51,433 nt of DNA from Girardia tigrina (taxonomy: Eukaryota). The stretch spans positions 1 to 51,433 of the forward strand of contig MQRK01235633.1 in assembly GCA_001938485.1 (NCBI GenBank), in the 5' to 3' direction. Positions 36,501-50,362 of this stretch are shown one piece after another (position 1 is the first letter of the stretch; each line of letters starts with the position of its first letter). Both the position numbers and the translations under genes were made by a program. The notes under the pieces are model-generated. The model was not told the DNA's origin. It saw nothing but the letters and a program-made list of their open reading frames with translations, and ran no database searches.

Positions 36501-37880
36501 TGTTTGACCCTAACAATTGACTAAATCCATCCTCATTCCTAAGAAATCGAATAGCAAAAAGTGCAGCAACTTTAGATCAATTGATGGATAAGTAACGCAT
36601 CAACGGTTATATTGAAAGTAATACAAAGAAAATCACACTGAAAGTGTAGTAAATTCTCAGTGAGATGCAGACGAGCTTCAGAAAAGACAGCAGCACTACT
36701 GAGGAGATAACCAAACTGAAAATGCTTTTTGAGAAAACCAGAGACCAAAGTAGAATAATTTGACACAACTTTATAGACTTTTAAAAATCTTTTGAAAGTG
36801 TGTGGTATGAAGCATTAGTGTACACTACGAAAAAGTACAACATTGTAAAACATATTACAAGAATATCAAGAACCTTTAGGAAGAAGCCAAGACCAAAGTG
36901 TTGACAAGTGAACAATTTAGCCACTGGTTTAAATCATCAGTAGGAGTAAGAAAATGTTTCATTCTATCATCAATAGTGTTCAACCTTTTCCTTTGGGGCA
37001 TTGTTATGGAAGCAATAGACGACCTAGACAATGTCGGAATAAGCTGCATAGGAAGGAGAGTAACAAACCTAAGATTTGCCGACGACATAGACTTTAATTG
37101 GTAAAGATAAGATAAAGAAAGTTACAAAAAGACTACACAAAGTGTTCAAGAAATTAGAAAAAGAAATCAACAAAGAAAAAAGCAAAATAATGATCTCTGG
37201 AAACTGTAACGACGTCAAATTGGCGATCATCATTGAAGGGAAACAGATAGAACAAGTTAAGAGTTTCAAATACATAGACTCTACTATCACTGAGAATGTA
37301 TGAATGGAAGAAGAAACCTGAAACAGGATTTGTATTGCAACAATTGCAATCATTAGACTTAGAACAGTTTTTAACCTCAAAGAAATTAAACTCAAGAGCA
37401 AAATGAAAATAATTAATGCTATTGTATGGACAAAATTTCTCAATGGATACGTGATTTTATCTAAATCAGAAAATTTTAACTAAAGCTAAATGTAAATTTT
37501 AACTAAATCAGAGCATGGACTAAAGCCTTTTAAATGAAGTAAAAAAGATCACTTGTTAAAAAAGAGAACAAACGACTTTGACTGGAAGAGTTACAGAAAT
37601 ACTAAGTGGAAGACCGCAATAAATAAAAGATACCATTAAGAGAAGGAATCTGAAATTCTATGAACATCAGATGGGAAAATAAATACTAACAAAGGTGATG
37701 ATTGAAGGAAGAGTGGAAGGAGAAAGACTAAAGACAACGGGAAGAGTATTTAAAAGAATGGAGTGGATGTAACGTGGAAGGTTTGACAAAAACGGCGTTA
37801 AATAGAGAGCATTTGCGAAGGCTTCTGCATAATTGGGTTCAGCAACGGCCAAACAGCTAAGGTCGAAAAGAAAGAAGATC
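33590..37880 (+). mobile_element. Decayed near-full-length RTE-clade LINE (APE endonuclease + RT), interrupted by an inverted related copy
   Basis: WNVR, MRWAG, HGVGF, SDLNA, NHDLV; GVRKCFILS, NLRFADDID, FKYIDS, EGRVEG; aaga-type tail near 37870. Confidence 0.85.
35343..36360 (-). mobile_element. 5'-truncated RTE-clade LINE
   Basis: GVRQGCILS, NLRFADDIDL, FKYLGS, LLYGCESW, GRVEGERPRGR..QWIDD; aagaaga tail. Confidence 0.9.
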
Positions 37881-39652
37881 TAAATACTGAAAAAAACTAT
37901 TATCTTTTACAATTTTCGAATCGTTTTAAAAAATTTCGAGACTTAAAAAATACGATGAAAAGAATGCTGTTATAATGCTATTGTATGGGCAAAATTTCTC
38001 AATGGATACGAGATTTTATCTAAATCAGAAAATTTTAACTAAAGCTAAATCTAAATTTTAACTAAATTACAGAAATACTAAGTGGAAGACCGCAATAAAT
38101 AAAAGATACCATTAAGAGAAGGAATCTGAAATTCTATGGACATCAGAAATATTACTTCTTCAAATTTACTTCATCTCAAATTTAGTATGGAATTAAAATT
38201 AAAAAAATCATTTATTTGAAATTTGAATAATACGCTTTCACATCGGAATGAACCATCGATATTCCTCAGTTAGTTTTACAAAAAATATTTCTTTTTATTG
38301 TAAATTTTATTAGTTGCCAATTTATTATTAATCATTATACTTATAATATGTGCGTTGACTCAGCGTGTTGTTAAGTAATTAATTATCAATTATAACTCTG
38401 ACTAATAACATTTTCTATACTTCACGTTTTATATTTATTAATTTTTGAAATAAAGTTATCTAGAACATTTCTTAAAAATAAACCGCGTTTCGAATATACA
38501 TTTTGTAGATTAATAACAGTTCAAAATGTGTTTATAAAAACTATCAAAATTTGTAAATAATCGATAATTTGATAGAATTTCCGTTTATTGCAATTCGGGT
38601 TTAAAGTATTCAATTTCTTCAATACCCACTACCAGTTGAAAAAAAAAATCTTTTTGGTGATAATACTATTAAACTCATCATGCAAACATAAACGTCTTTT
38701 ATGTTATTCAGAATCGCTTTCACAATATTGTGATAAAAGTATATCATACTAATTAAGACTAAAAATTATTATACTAAAAATTGCTTGGTACATTCATCTT
38801 TATTAAAGCATTTGACACACCACAAATCGATAATATATATTTCTGCTAGCCCCGTAGACGTTTGTGAAATGTCTTTTTAAAATAATTAAGGATACATATA
38901 TCGAAGAACGTCTCAACTACCCGCTACAAATCTTTGGCACCTGTGAAAGTTTTCCTACTCAGATCCTTCTTTCAATGTTGAAAGAGTTGTTCGTCGCTGA
39001 GTGCAAGGTTAGAACTATAAAAATATCATCTGAAAGAGTCAATACAGTTTACTTAATTCTGACATAGAGAATACTTATTTTTTAAATAAGCGCATAGTTG
39101 CACAAAAACCCCGTTGGTTTCCATGCTTGATTTCTTATCTTCTCTCAGGCTGCTGTACAAATATTACTGTAATATTTTACATTAATCTTAACGGATTTGT
39201 CAGCAAGACTATGTGCAAAAGATCTTACAATCTCAGAAGGTTGAAAGAAGATAGCGGGAAGTCCCTAGTATCATCTTAAATATTGAGTTCATGCTTGATA
39301 ATTTCCAAACTGATTTTGTAAAGTGTGAGCTACTTGACAGATCTTGTATATAGCAAAAGACAACAACACTGTCAAAGATGAAAATTCGTATTGAAGAAAA
39401 ATGTGAAAAGAATAAACTGATAATAATTTCAAAGGTAGATTAGATAAGTCTATTGCAGGTAATGATTCTCATGTATAAAAAAGATAAGTTTTATAAAAAA
39501 AGTGTTTTTGTGTTAAAATATGTTGTGTTTATTTTTAATAATAAATATGTAATACACATTTAAAATAGTAATAAAATGTTAATATCTTGATTGAAATAAA
39601 CGACCAGAGAAAAAATATAAACGAAAACAAATATATAATTTAAAAGACTAAC

Positions 39653-40084
39653 TTGAAGTAGAACTCCACTGTGAGCATCAACATTTGGAAAGGGATTGGC
39701 AATTTTACTTTTTTTACCAAGAACCACCGGTACAATTTGATATAACTGACTGACTACTTTGAAAAGAGGATCGTCTGGTAAATGTTTTAATGCAAATTCC
39801 CGCTGAACCATGTAACGAGGATCGGTCTTTCGTAAAACTGCGTGGCCGTAACCCGGGACAACTTGTCCAGCTTTGAGAGTTTTTTCTATGAAATCTGTAA
39901 TTTCATTATCGCTAGGTTTCGTTCCAATAACTTGGACCATTTTCTGAATCCATGTCAAAACTTCTTGATTGGCAAGTCCATGGAGAGGTCCAGCAAGGCC
40001 ACACATGGAGGCTGCATAAGATAAATATGGATCTGATAAAGCACTACCCACTAAATGACATGTGTGAGCACTAACGTTACCACC
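39653..40084 (-). CDS. CS: Citrate synthase, internal exon
   Basis: cag|[47 protein letters not shown]|gttagt; phase 0 on both sides. Confidence 0.97.
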
Positions 40085-40214
40085 CTGAACAAAATTGATA
40101 TAGCTTTCAAAATATAATTTATTCTTTTTAATCATTACAAATAGTAAGAAAATAAACGAAATCTTCAATTACTTAATAAATAAAAGAAATAATAAAAAAA
40201 CTAATTTAAAGGAA

Positions 40215-40672
40215 AACTAATTTAAAGATCGAATGTATGCGGCTTTTTGCGAGAAATACCCCACTTTGATAAATCGAAAACGAGTTCTTCTACAACAGGA
40301 CAATGCAAAACCGCACACCGCCAAACAAACAAAGGAAAAAATCAAAAATCTCGATGCCTTTGAACTTTTTCAACACCCAGCGTATAGTCCGGATCTTGCG
40401 CCATTCGACTATCACCTTTTCCGCTCTATGGTACACTTTCTTCCTGGTCGCAACTTCAATAATCTGGCCGAGGTCGAAAACGGGTGTAACCAGTTCTTCG
40501 CTTCTAAGAACAAGGATTGGTACCGCAGTGGGATCACACAACTTGCCCATAGATGGGTTCAAGCTATAGATTCAAATGGCCTTTACTTTGAAACTTAAAT
40601 GTTTTTTATTTGTTGTAAATTTATGTTTAAAATTTTAATAAAAAATACGAAAAGACTTTTGATTCATCCTAA
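40215..40672 (+). mobile_element. 5'-truncated mariner of a different family
   Basis: QQDNAKPH..YSPDLAPFDYHLF..; 3' TIR ...gattcatcctaa|TA. Confidence 0.9.
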
Positions 40673-43600
40673 TAATATTTTTTAATATGTAAAAGATTAA
40701 TTACTTGTTAGTTTATCAATTAAATGCAGTTTAATGGAAGTGGTGTTTACCTAATAAACTGATCAGAGATACTCTCTTTAATATTTTAACAGAAAATAGA
40801 AAATTAGATGTTTTTTTTATTTTTTAACATATAATTTTATAAAAAGAACAAAACAACCTTTTCTAATATATTATCTAACAAATGTTATCTATAAAATCTT
40901 TTTTTGTTTAGAAATTTTAAAACAATAGTTATGTTTCTTTAATTAATGTAGTTAGGTAACAAATATTATTTAGGGTCTCTCTAAAAGCCTTTGTTTTAAT
41001 TCATAAGTATCTGAAATTTAAAATAAGTTTCATAAGTTATTATTCTCGCACCATCATAATATTATTCAAATGAATGTCTATGTAGAGCATTCACATCAAT
41101 CAGAATGTAAAGTACTCTACGTTTACTCTGTGGCAGAATGAACACCATAGTCACATAGAAACAATATCTATGTATAAATATTAATTACGATAACTCGACC
41201 ATACAAATTGAAGAGAAAAAATATTACAATACTCACTGATCTGTATTGTTAATCGTTCAAGCTTAACCTTGTGTAACAAATTCTAGGTATTAATAACCTT
41301 TAAAGAAAATTAAAATTGACAATAATTATACATATGTTGAAATATTTGGAAATTCAGTATTTAAAATTTATTGAGAAGTTTTATTTGAATTGCGTGGCTA
41401 AATTAATCCCTCATTTGACGCAAGTGAGTGTCAAGTGCCACTCATTCTAGCGTCAATGGTGACGCATAAATCACATTGCCTATTTTATACAAATATTTGA
41501 TCTTAAAAAAATTGAAGTAGTTTGCATATCATATTATTAACCCAAATGAATAATTAATGTAATTATAATCCAATTATTAATTATCATCTAGTTGCTTTTA
41601 ATTACATTTTATAACACATAAAACTATAAAATATCCCAAATATTATTTCTCATTAATATTTAAATAAATTCTCATTAAGTTAAATGATTTTACCTCAGAA
41701 TTTGTGGTGACGGAATTTAATAAAAAAATTTCGAATGTTAAAATATAGAATATGTACGAGACATTTGTATTAGATGTAATATTGAACTTTTCGATGTTTT
41801 ACTATGAAGTTTCATACTCTGGAAATTATAGAATGGTCATTGTAAAAAGAAATTTAAAATAATATTAATGGTATTTAATCAATAAGACATCTTATAGATA
41901 CAAAAAGTATTAAACCAAAATCTTAGAATTGTAATCATTTTTATAAGTTAAACAAAATCGAAATTTGATCTGCCTCGTAAATGAAGTAATAAAAATAAGA
42001 ACTTTACAATAAACACATATTTGTAATGAAATATCGATTAAAAACAAAATAGAAGAAAAATATAGATGAATTTAACTCTGTGTGTATTTAAATTCCATGA
42101 ACACGATTTTCAAATTCAAATCCCAACATAAACACTATTCATGCATCCCGAACAACAATAGAAACCAATTATTTCAACATGAGTCAATTTCCCATTTCAT
42201 AATCTCTTCAATTTACTAATTGTCCTCAGTCAAGTCGATAGATACACTCTAGTGTCCGTCATCTAGATTAATAGATTAACTTTCCTCATCCATTGAATTT
42301 TTCTCCTTCTATTTCAAGTTGAAATTTTAGGTTTTATAGGTTTTGATTTATTGAAATGTTTGGTTGGAATCATAGAAGCAACACATTACATAAAAAAATC
42401 TTACATATAAGATTCAAATTTATTTAAAATCCCAATCTTTTAATGTCTGATAAAAATACTGAATTCTGAAAATAAAGAATCCGGTATTTCTATTTTACAA
42501 ATAAAAAAAAGAAGTCCGAATTAACCTATCCCAACTATCACTTAACTGTTGAGATAGGTTAGTTTAAGTCAACGAAACAAATAATTAATAAGAATCAACA
42601 ACTACAAAATCGGTAAATAAAAATAAAAATAAAAATAACCTCTGTGGAAAAAACTAATTTATAAACTAATGTTATAACAACATAGCTTTTACAGTTAACG
42701 GTAATTAATTAGTATTGTTTATTAATTATTTTTATTGATTTTTTTTCAATTTATTAAAGGTTATTTTACAACATTAACGGAATAAATATTTTACTTGTTG
42801 CTACAGCATGTCTCAATGTCATTTCACATTTATAAATTTAAGAGTCAAAAAATGCGATTATTATATAAAAAGGTCAGCTAAATTTTGCATTTCAGAGTCA
42901 AACAGCTTTCTAAAACATATTTAAGCATTTCAGAAGATGAACTATTATTTTCCTTGTTATCTTGAATGAGATGAAATTCGATTGAAAGATTAACGGTGTT
43001 ATATCAGGATTATTATAAGCCTCATTGTAGTATGATATTTGATAATTCGGAATTTTTGGAATTTCTAAGTTCACTTTCGAGTGATTATTTTCACACACTT
43101 CTTTCTGTTCGGGTTTTGTGTTGTCGATTTCGTCTCTGGCAATCAATTTAGAGATCGTACATTTTCTCTACAGATATTTGGCGACAGTTATTTTACTGGA
43201 GTTTTCGACCACACGGGAACTTCTTGTTTGATCGGCGTCGAGTCGTCCGGTTGTACGAAAGCCGTATAATCATCATAAATTATTTCCATAAATAATTAGT
43301 TTCTTTTGTATTTATTGAGATTGGAATAATTAAATTCGGAATTATTAATAATATAATAATAATGTTTTTATCGGGTCCCAGTTACTAACAACTATATCAA
43401 AACCCATTTACGTACCCGGATCGATGAATGACTCGTTTTTCATGACTTGAAGGAACTTGAAAATACCTTCGAGTTTGATCAGATCAACACTTCTTGCTTT
43501 CAGTGCTTCTCGACATTGTAAATGTTCTTGACAACGTTTGGATCAAAATTGAAATTAGAAAATCTTTAATAACCTTTACTTACAAAAAACGCATTAAAAT

Positions 43601-44049
43601 AGAATCCGCAACTACATAATCGTTCCGTTAATAAAACTGTCCTTGAATAACGATGGGTTGTAATAAAAGAGAAGTAATAAAATAAATCCCCCAAAAAAAA
43701 CCATCGCAAACACAACATACATCACACTCAAGGACGTCTATGCACAACTACCACTTTAACAAATCAAGATCTTGTACAAAAACAAAAGAGAGATAAGTGT
43801 CGTGGCATAACTTATATACAGAATTTCACAATATCTTTGAGATTTGGGACCAATATCTACGTATGCTTCTTTTAATCATTTTTCGTCATTTTAGCGATTT
43901 TTCTCATATAAAAAAGGCTTTTGTATTAGATTGTTCCTTAAAATTTGATGAAGTCTTAGATATCATTTGAAAGCCCGTTTTATACAAGATTAAAGTAATC
44001 ATTTTTGTCTATATTGTTGTTTGTCTTTCTTAGAGCCGTCAAATGGATT

Positions 44050-45765
44050 GTAGACGTTGCCTTTAATCGAGTCCAAAAAGCGAGTGAGGTACCAGAGATG
44101 TTTGTGTCATGTATGGAGAGGGCACTATAGCTGAGAGAACTGATCGGTATTTGTTTGCCAGGACTAAACAAAATAATTTCGAACTCCACCACTCTCCTCA
44201 TTCCTGAAGACCAGTTAAGATGGACTAGGACTATCTCGGGTATCTTTTGAAGGAAGATGGACTCCAGAGATTCAGAGAATTTGTGAAAAGACTAATTGTG
44301 ATTTTGAGACAATTTCATGCCACCTTCAGTCTATTGGTTTCACTTAAAAGCTTGGAATCTAAATCTCACATGAACTCACCCAAAACAGAAGGATAAGTGG
44401 CCTTTATTTTCTTTATTTTCTTTTATCTTCTTATCGTGGTCAAAGCTAAGATGGAGCCTCAAACGTGATGGAATACCTACGTGTTGTGGCAGCAAAACTA
44501 AAAAAAATAAGAAGTAAAGACGATACTAGTTCATTGCTTCGATCATTTTTAAATCTTTGCCTTCAAGATACTGCGAAACCTTGTATCATTGTTAGAGATT
44601 GCAAATTCCCCAAAACGGCACCAAGTTTTCAAGAATGTAAAAGCAGAGCTCTCTTCTGAAGCCACTGGTTTGAGGCCTCGCTGTTCTACTCGGTTCGAGT
44701 TCAATTCAGTCTGTTCTAGATAATTATGAAACACTCAAGTAGACAATGGAATAAATCAATGAGAACAGTATGGATGATGAAGGACAAAAAGCAGGCGGTC
44801 TTTTGTGGTCACTAGAAAAGTTTGATACCTATTTTTTGCAGCATTGGTGCCACGTCATCTTTTTGCATGATGGAACTGTTTCATCAGAAGTCCAGAGTAA
44901 TGATATCGCTGTTCAGGAATGAATTCAGCATTGTGAATTCTTGAGAGACTTTCCTTCAAAGAGTCGTTCAGAAGAAGAATTTCGCCATTTCTATGAAAAA
45001 GTGAGACAAACAGCAGAAAACCTGACAAAGTGTCCTCCGAAACAATTTGAACAAGTATTGGGATCTCATTGTCACGAGTTGGCAAAAGACTATCACAGAG
45101 TCATTTTTTGCTGTTGTGCACAAAGTCTGCAAAGAACTTAACAGGCGTCTCTCCCAAATCTCTTTAGAAATGCCTTTCAAATTGAAACGGCCGCAAACTG
45201 AATTGGACCAGAAGATATTCCCGTAGAGGAGTCTGTCTTCCTCTACTCTCAGCTCTCTGGTTTTAAAAAGACGGTTGAATCTTTCGCCGTATTTTGTGAG
45301 AGAAATTAAGAAAACTCCAGATTTTGCTCATGGACGAAGTAAGTCATTTGAGGACAATTGCTAAGATGTTGATTGCATCGGCAATGGAAATGTCTTCGTT
45401 TTCATAAATTTGTAACATAAACCCGAACGCTCTTATTCTACCATGAGAAGACTCAAGACGTACTTACGGAGCTCAATGACACAAAAGTGTTGTAACAATC
45501 TCATGTTGATACATTGCCACAATGAAAGAACCGACAAATTGGATCTTTTTATCATAGCAAGTGACTTTGTGTATGCCAATCCTCGCAGAAATGAGATTTT
45601 GGAGCATATTGTTAATCGTATCGTTTAAATAAAACTTAAGTAGTTTCTTGGATTCAAAAATAAACTAGATCATGTGCTTTGGTGGGTCTATTAGCTACAA
45701 TTTTTCAGGGCTGTTTTTCTGCTTTTCAGTCCCCTATGTGTAAAATCGTTCTGGTGCATATGACC
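44050..45765 (+). mobile_element. Decayed hAT transposase
   Basis: LRPRCSTR (LCxTRW-like); ERSYSTMRRLKTYLRSSMTQ..NNLMLIH hAT C-terminal dimerisation motif; boundaries approximate. Confidence 0.8.
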
Positions 45766-47639
45766 TTGAAGAAATCGATTATCGTTAATGTCGAAAGCTT
45801 CAAACAAGGCATTTTAACTTGTTTTTGTTTTCTTAGTATCACTTAGATTATTCCAAACATTAGATTATTCACCATAGGAATTACCTTGATAAAATGATTT
45901 TTTGATGGTTCTTTCCGTTTGATTGTCTTAAAAATTTTTGAAATCTGCGATTATAACTTATGTGTATTTTTAAAGTCCTCGAAAATGATTTATAAATTGG
46001 AAGACCGCATAAACAATATTTATACATTTAAACTACCGAACAACAATAAAATAAATTAATCATGTCAATATGTTGTACCTCAAATTTTGTATAAGTATTC
46101 TTATAATAATTGAGATTTATTTTATATATAAAATTTAAACTAGGACGTGTTATTTTTTGGAAATTGGTCTACAGAAAATAACTGTGGAACTCTGAGGAAA
46201 ATTACAATGAAACGATCACAGAATAAAATCTCGAAGTTGTCTGAAAGAAATAATATAACTACAATTAAAAGAAAACCAGAGAAAATTAACTTCGTTCAAT
46301 TATAAGTTTAAAAATTTCTCAAAAGTAAACAATTTGCACGATTACACGAAACCCCAGGATAAATTTATTAAAATAGTATTTTAATAGAAAAAAATGAGTG
46401 ATCAAAATAGATAACAAATAAAACAGTATTTTTAAAATAATTTAAATCCGATTAAAAAAATATTAACATTTGCAAAAATCTATTTTCAATTTTTAAATTA
46501 ATTTATTGACATGATTAAAAAATTTAATATTTAAAAAATAAAAAAATTAACGCATTTTTTTATATATAACGTATTTTTAAAATTTCTAAAATAATAAAAT
46601 ATTAAAAATTTTTTTAAAACCAACGCAAATTAAAAAAACAACATATAAGATTTCAGTTGAAAAACAAAATTATAAAAAACATTTTAAAAGGATTAAAGTA
46701 AAAAAAACAAATTTTAACATTAAATATTTTTAAAACATTAAATATATATAAAATCATTTTGATAAATATTTGCATTTAAAAATTTAAAAGTTGAATGTTA
46801 TTTTTGATTTGATGGATGAAAAATTATTTGACAATAAAGATCAATGGATTAATTATTAATTAAGGAAATAGTTGGAAAATTTGTTTGAATGTTGTTTTAT
46901 AATAAAGATATAATTTTAGTAAAATGACTTTTGATATTGAAGTTACAAATACTGCCCACACTAACCACTCTTCCATAAACAATACACCGAGCTTCAGTAA
47001 CTGTAGCTACAACTGTAGTACAATTTAACAAATTATCTTGTTTTTATGTTGTTGAGAGGAAACAAAAATTTATTCAAAAGTAAAATATCCTAATAAATAA
47101 TTCACAATAATTATTCAGTTATAAAAATTCTTGAAATACAGTCTTTTCGGTTGTTCTTGTTTAAAAGTGGTTGTTTAGATTCGTTCTTTGTGCATTTTAT
47201 AATAATAATTGGATCTTGTTTAGTCTCAAACATTTCACTGAAAATTATATTTGACAAACGACTAATTTCAAAGAACTTTTATTGTCTTAATTGTATTCCA
47301 AGGAAATTTTCTGTGACTTTCAAAACAATAATTTTTGAAGTTAATAATAAAACTGAGCATTCCAACCCAAGGAGTAGTATTTCGGAAAACTTTCGAATAA
47401 ATATTCAGTGAACATTTATTCTCAACATAAAATATTTTAAGAACAAATCGAAACTATTTTTTAGTTCGAAAATTCACAAATTGAGAAAGAATTTTAAATG
47501 ATTTTTTAAATTATTCTTTATTTTAAATAACTTTCTTGGTGAATTGAAGAATAAACTAAACAGTGCATAATGAATAAATAAATACATAATCAAATTTTAT
47601 AATTTATTACTTGATTCAACCAGAATAAAAGTAATCAGA

Positions 47640-48290
47640 AATACAATTACTCAGTTTGGGAACGTGTTTCACATGTTAGAAGGCCTATTGGAGCCCGATA
47701 TAACGAAAGGTATACAGTACCAACGATGAAACATCCGGCTTCAATAATGATTTAGGGATGTGTGAGCAGCTATGGGCGTGGGGCTTTGATGATCTTGGAA
47801 AAACGTAAGAATGAATTCCAAGATATATACTGACATGCTGGAGATCAAGCTTAAGACTTTCATGGGCAGTGCATCAGTTTTATGCAAGATTCGGCACCTT
47901 GTCATGGGGCACGAAGAAGTCTGGAGTGGTTTCGAAAGAACGCTATTGAGCTTCTTGAGTGACCAGGAAATTCTCCAGACTGCAACCCCATCGAAAATAT
48001 ATGGACTATTTTGAAAGAGTCTCATTAAGACGCCCTACATCAATTGCAGAGCTAAAAGAAGCTATCAAGTCTGTCTGGGATACAGTGATAACAGATGAAC
48101 TCTGTAAGACATGCGTGAACTCCATGCACATTAAATACAATATTGAAAAATGAGCTTGAGAAGGCATTTATATATCTATAATAAATCGCTGTACAAAATG
48201 TATTGAATCAGGACTAGAATACTTTGAATAAATAATAAACGAGATCGGAAAACAATTGTTCCTTTCATTTTTACACCGTCATTACTAGAA
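47640..48290 (+). mobile_element. Tc1-like (DD34E) transposase 3' fragment
   Basis: TMKHP, FMQDSAPCH, PGNSPDCNPIENIW. Confidence 0.85.
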
Positions 48291-48436
48291 TTGGATTGTT
48301 GTAATGTTTATAATAATTTAATTAATAGAAAAATGAAATATAAATTATGAAAAATAAGATTTGAAAATTCTATGAAAAACTAAAATTATATATCCATTAT
48401 TTTAAATTTAATTTTATTAATTTAAATTTATTTTAC

Positions 48437-48835
48437 TTCGTGGTCACTGTGAATTGTCAGATAGAGTCTCATTAATTCTGTGAAAGTATGATCTTCATAT
48501 CCAAGCATTCTGACAAAGTTTTCTGACCAATCTTTTGTATTGTCAATACATCCGACTGAAGTTCCATCGCGATAAAGGTTTCTGTAAATCATTGCAGCAA
48601 CTGTTGGCAATTTAGCAATCAGATCCATCGAATCTTCGTACACTGTTTCCCAATATAATGATTTATTTACTCCATCATGATATGCTTTAACAAATTTTGA
48701 TTCAGAATTTAAAGCTGCTGATGCCGCTGCTAATTGGCTCATGGGGTGAAGATTTGAGGGGAAATTGTTTATCATACTAACTACATGACCGGGTAAATCT
48801 GCTCGATTTGCCCACTCTTTTGATATCCATTGGAC
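48437..48835 (-). CDS. CS: Citrate synthase, internal exon
   Basis: tag|[39 protein letters not shown]|gtaaaa. Confidence 0.97.
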
Positions 48836-48878
48836 CTATACTTTGCCATAAATCTTTTTTTTCATTTATACAATTCAC

Positions 48879-49076
48879 CTGTTCATTCGTTGGTATTTTA
48901 CCCGTTAATAACAGGAAAAATAAACCTTCTGGTAAAGGTTGTTCCCCCCCTGCTGCTTTAGGTAATAACTTTTGGCATTCTGGGATTGAAAATCCACGAA
49001 ATCTGATACCCTCTTCTGGATCTAAAACAGATGTTTCTGTAACAAGTCCTTTGATTCCCCGCATTCCACCATACAT
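48879..49076 (-). CDS. CS: Citrate synthase, most 5' exon visible
   Basis: cag|[38 protein letters not shown]|gtgaat; followed by a 43-bp intron. Confidence 0.97.
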
Positions 49077-50309
49077 CTGGAATAAAATTATGATAATCGA
49101 TAAACTTTTTATTTCAATATAAAAATTATTCGAATGTGTTTGAAAATTCCTTTCAATACTGAATTAACAGAAAACATAAAATTTTATGAAAAACAGACAA
49201 CAAATGCATAGTTTGGATGTTCAAAATATTATTATATATATATATGAATATTTACTGTCTGTTTCGAAAAATAAATTATTTTCATTCATGAATTTAGAAA
49301 ATAGTTTTATAATATTCATTGTCACTGACAATTTGTCAGTAATGCATAAATATAGTTAAAATAAACTTTATGGATGCGTTTCTTACTGAATTATCATTAT
49401 AGAAGAAAACATTCGGTCAAGATGATGTCCATGTAAATATGATACAGATATTAAACAAAAATTCTTATAACATTCACTCTGTACATGATATACGAGTTTG
49501 TAAAGAGATTATATAAATGGAGGTATAAATTGTATAATTTGCATAAAAAATCTAACAAGACTTTTTTTTACTTTTTCTTTCCTTTTACATAAGTAATTAA
49601 AGAAATTCAAACTTATCTAATATTTTCTAGTGCGCCTTCATTAATGCAAATGTAAAATTAAATATTTAATTTTAAATCTTTATCTTTTTAACAGGTTTCA
49701 GTTTTAATATGGAAACAGCATTAATTCTAATTTATAAAAGACCAGATCGAAATGAGCAGCTGTTCAGAAATTTAAAGGAAATCAAGCAAGAGTTTATTGA
49801 ATGCTACTGTTATTAGTAGAGTTACGATCAATCGGTATTGAGGAAAATAAAAGCAATAAATAATTGTGCATGTACTAAATTACAAAATTATAAAAAACCC
49901 ATTTAAATTGTGCTTTTATTTAAAGGAGAAACGACCAGAGAAAGTATCTGTTACCTTTTAGCTACATCTTATTACACAATGTGATATTTTACTTGCACTC
50001 TTTAGATGAAACCATCTTTGACCCAATGAACGAATCTTCCTACAATATTAAGGGGCTTTACATAAAGGATGTCCTACCTTGATTGAGGAAGGGAGATCAG
50101 AGACATTGTGTAATCCCATATTTGTTATATTGATAATAGTGATTTCAATACTCATAGATAAACATTATAAAATATTCTGTCACTAGGGTGAACAGTGAAT
50201 TGTGTTGAACAATTCGCTACTCATTTCATCATACATACAAACTAAGGTCTAAAATTAAAACAGTAAGGCATAAAAAGTTTTCATTCATGGTCTTTCAGAG
50301 ACCCCATTG

Positions 50310-50362
50310 AAAATGTTGCGTAATCCCAGTTTAGGTCGTGACCCCCAGTTTGAGAACCGCTG
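50310..50362. mobile_element. hAT (Charlie-like) MITE end
   Basis: ggtcgtgacccccagtttgagaaccgctg resembles a CAGCGGTTCTCAA-type TIR; partner end not found. Confidence 0.5.

Noticed and set aside
39560-40168. Signal-peptide-like N-terminus and hydrophobic tail on the citrate synthase ORF
   Set aside because: Read-through into introns beyond the splice sites at 40085 and 39652
48777-48878. Apparent frameshift in citrate synthase
   Set aside because: Explained by the 43-bp GT-AG intron at 48836-48878
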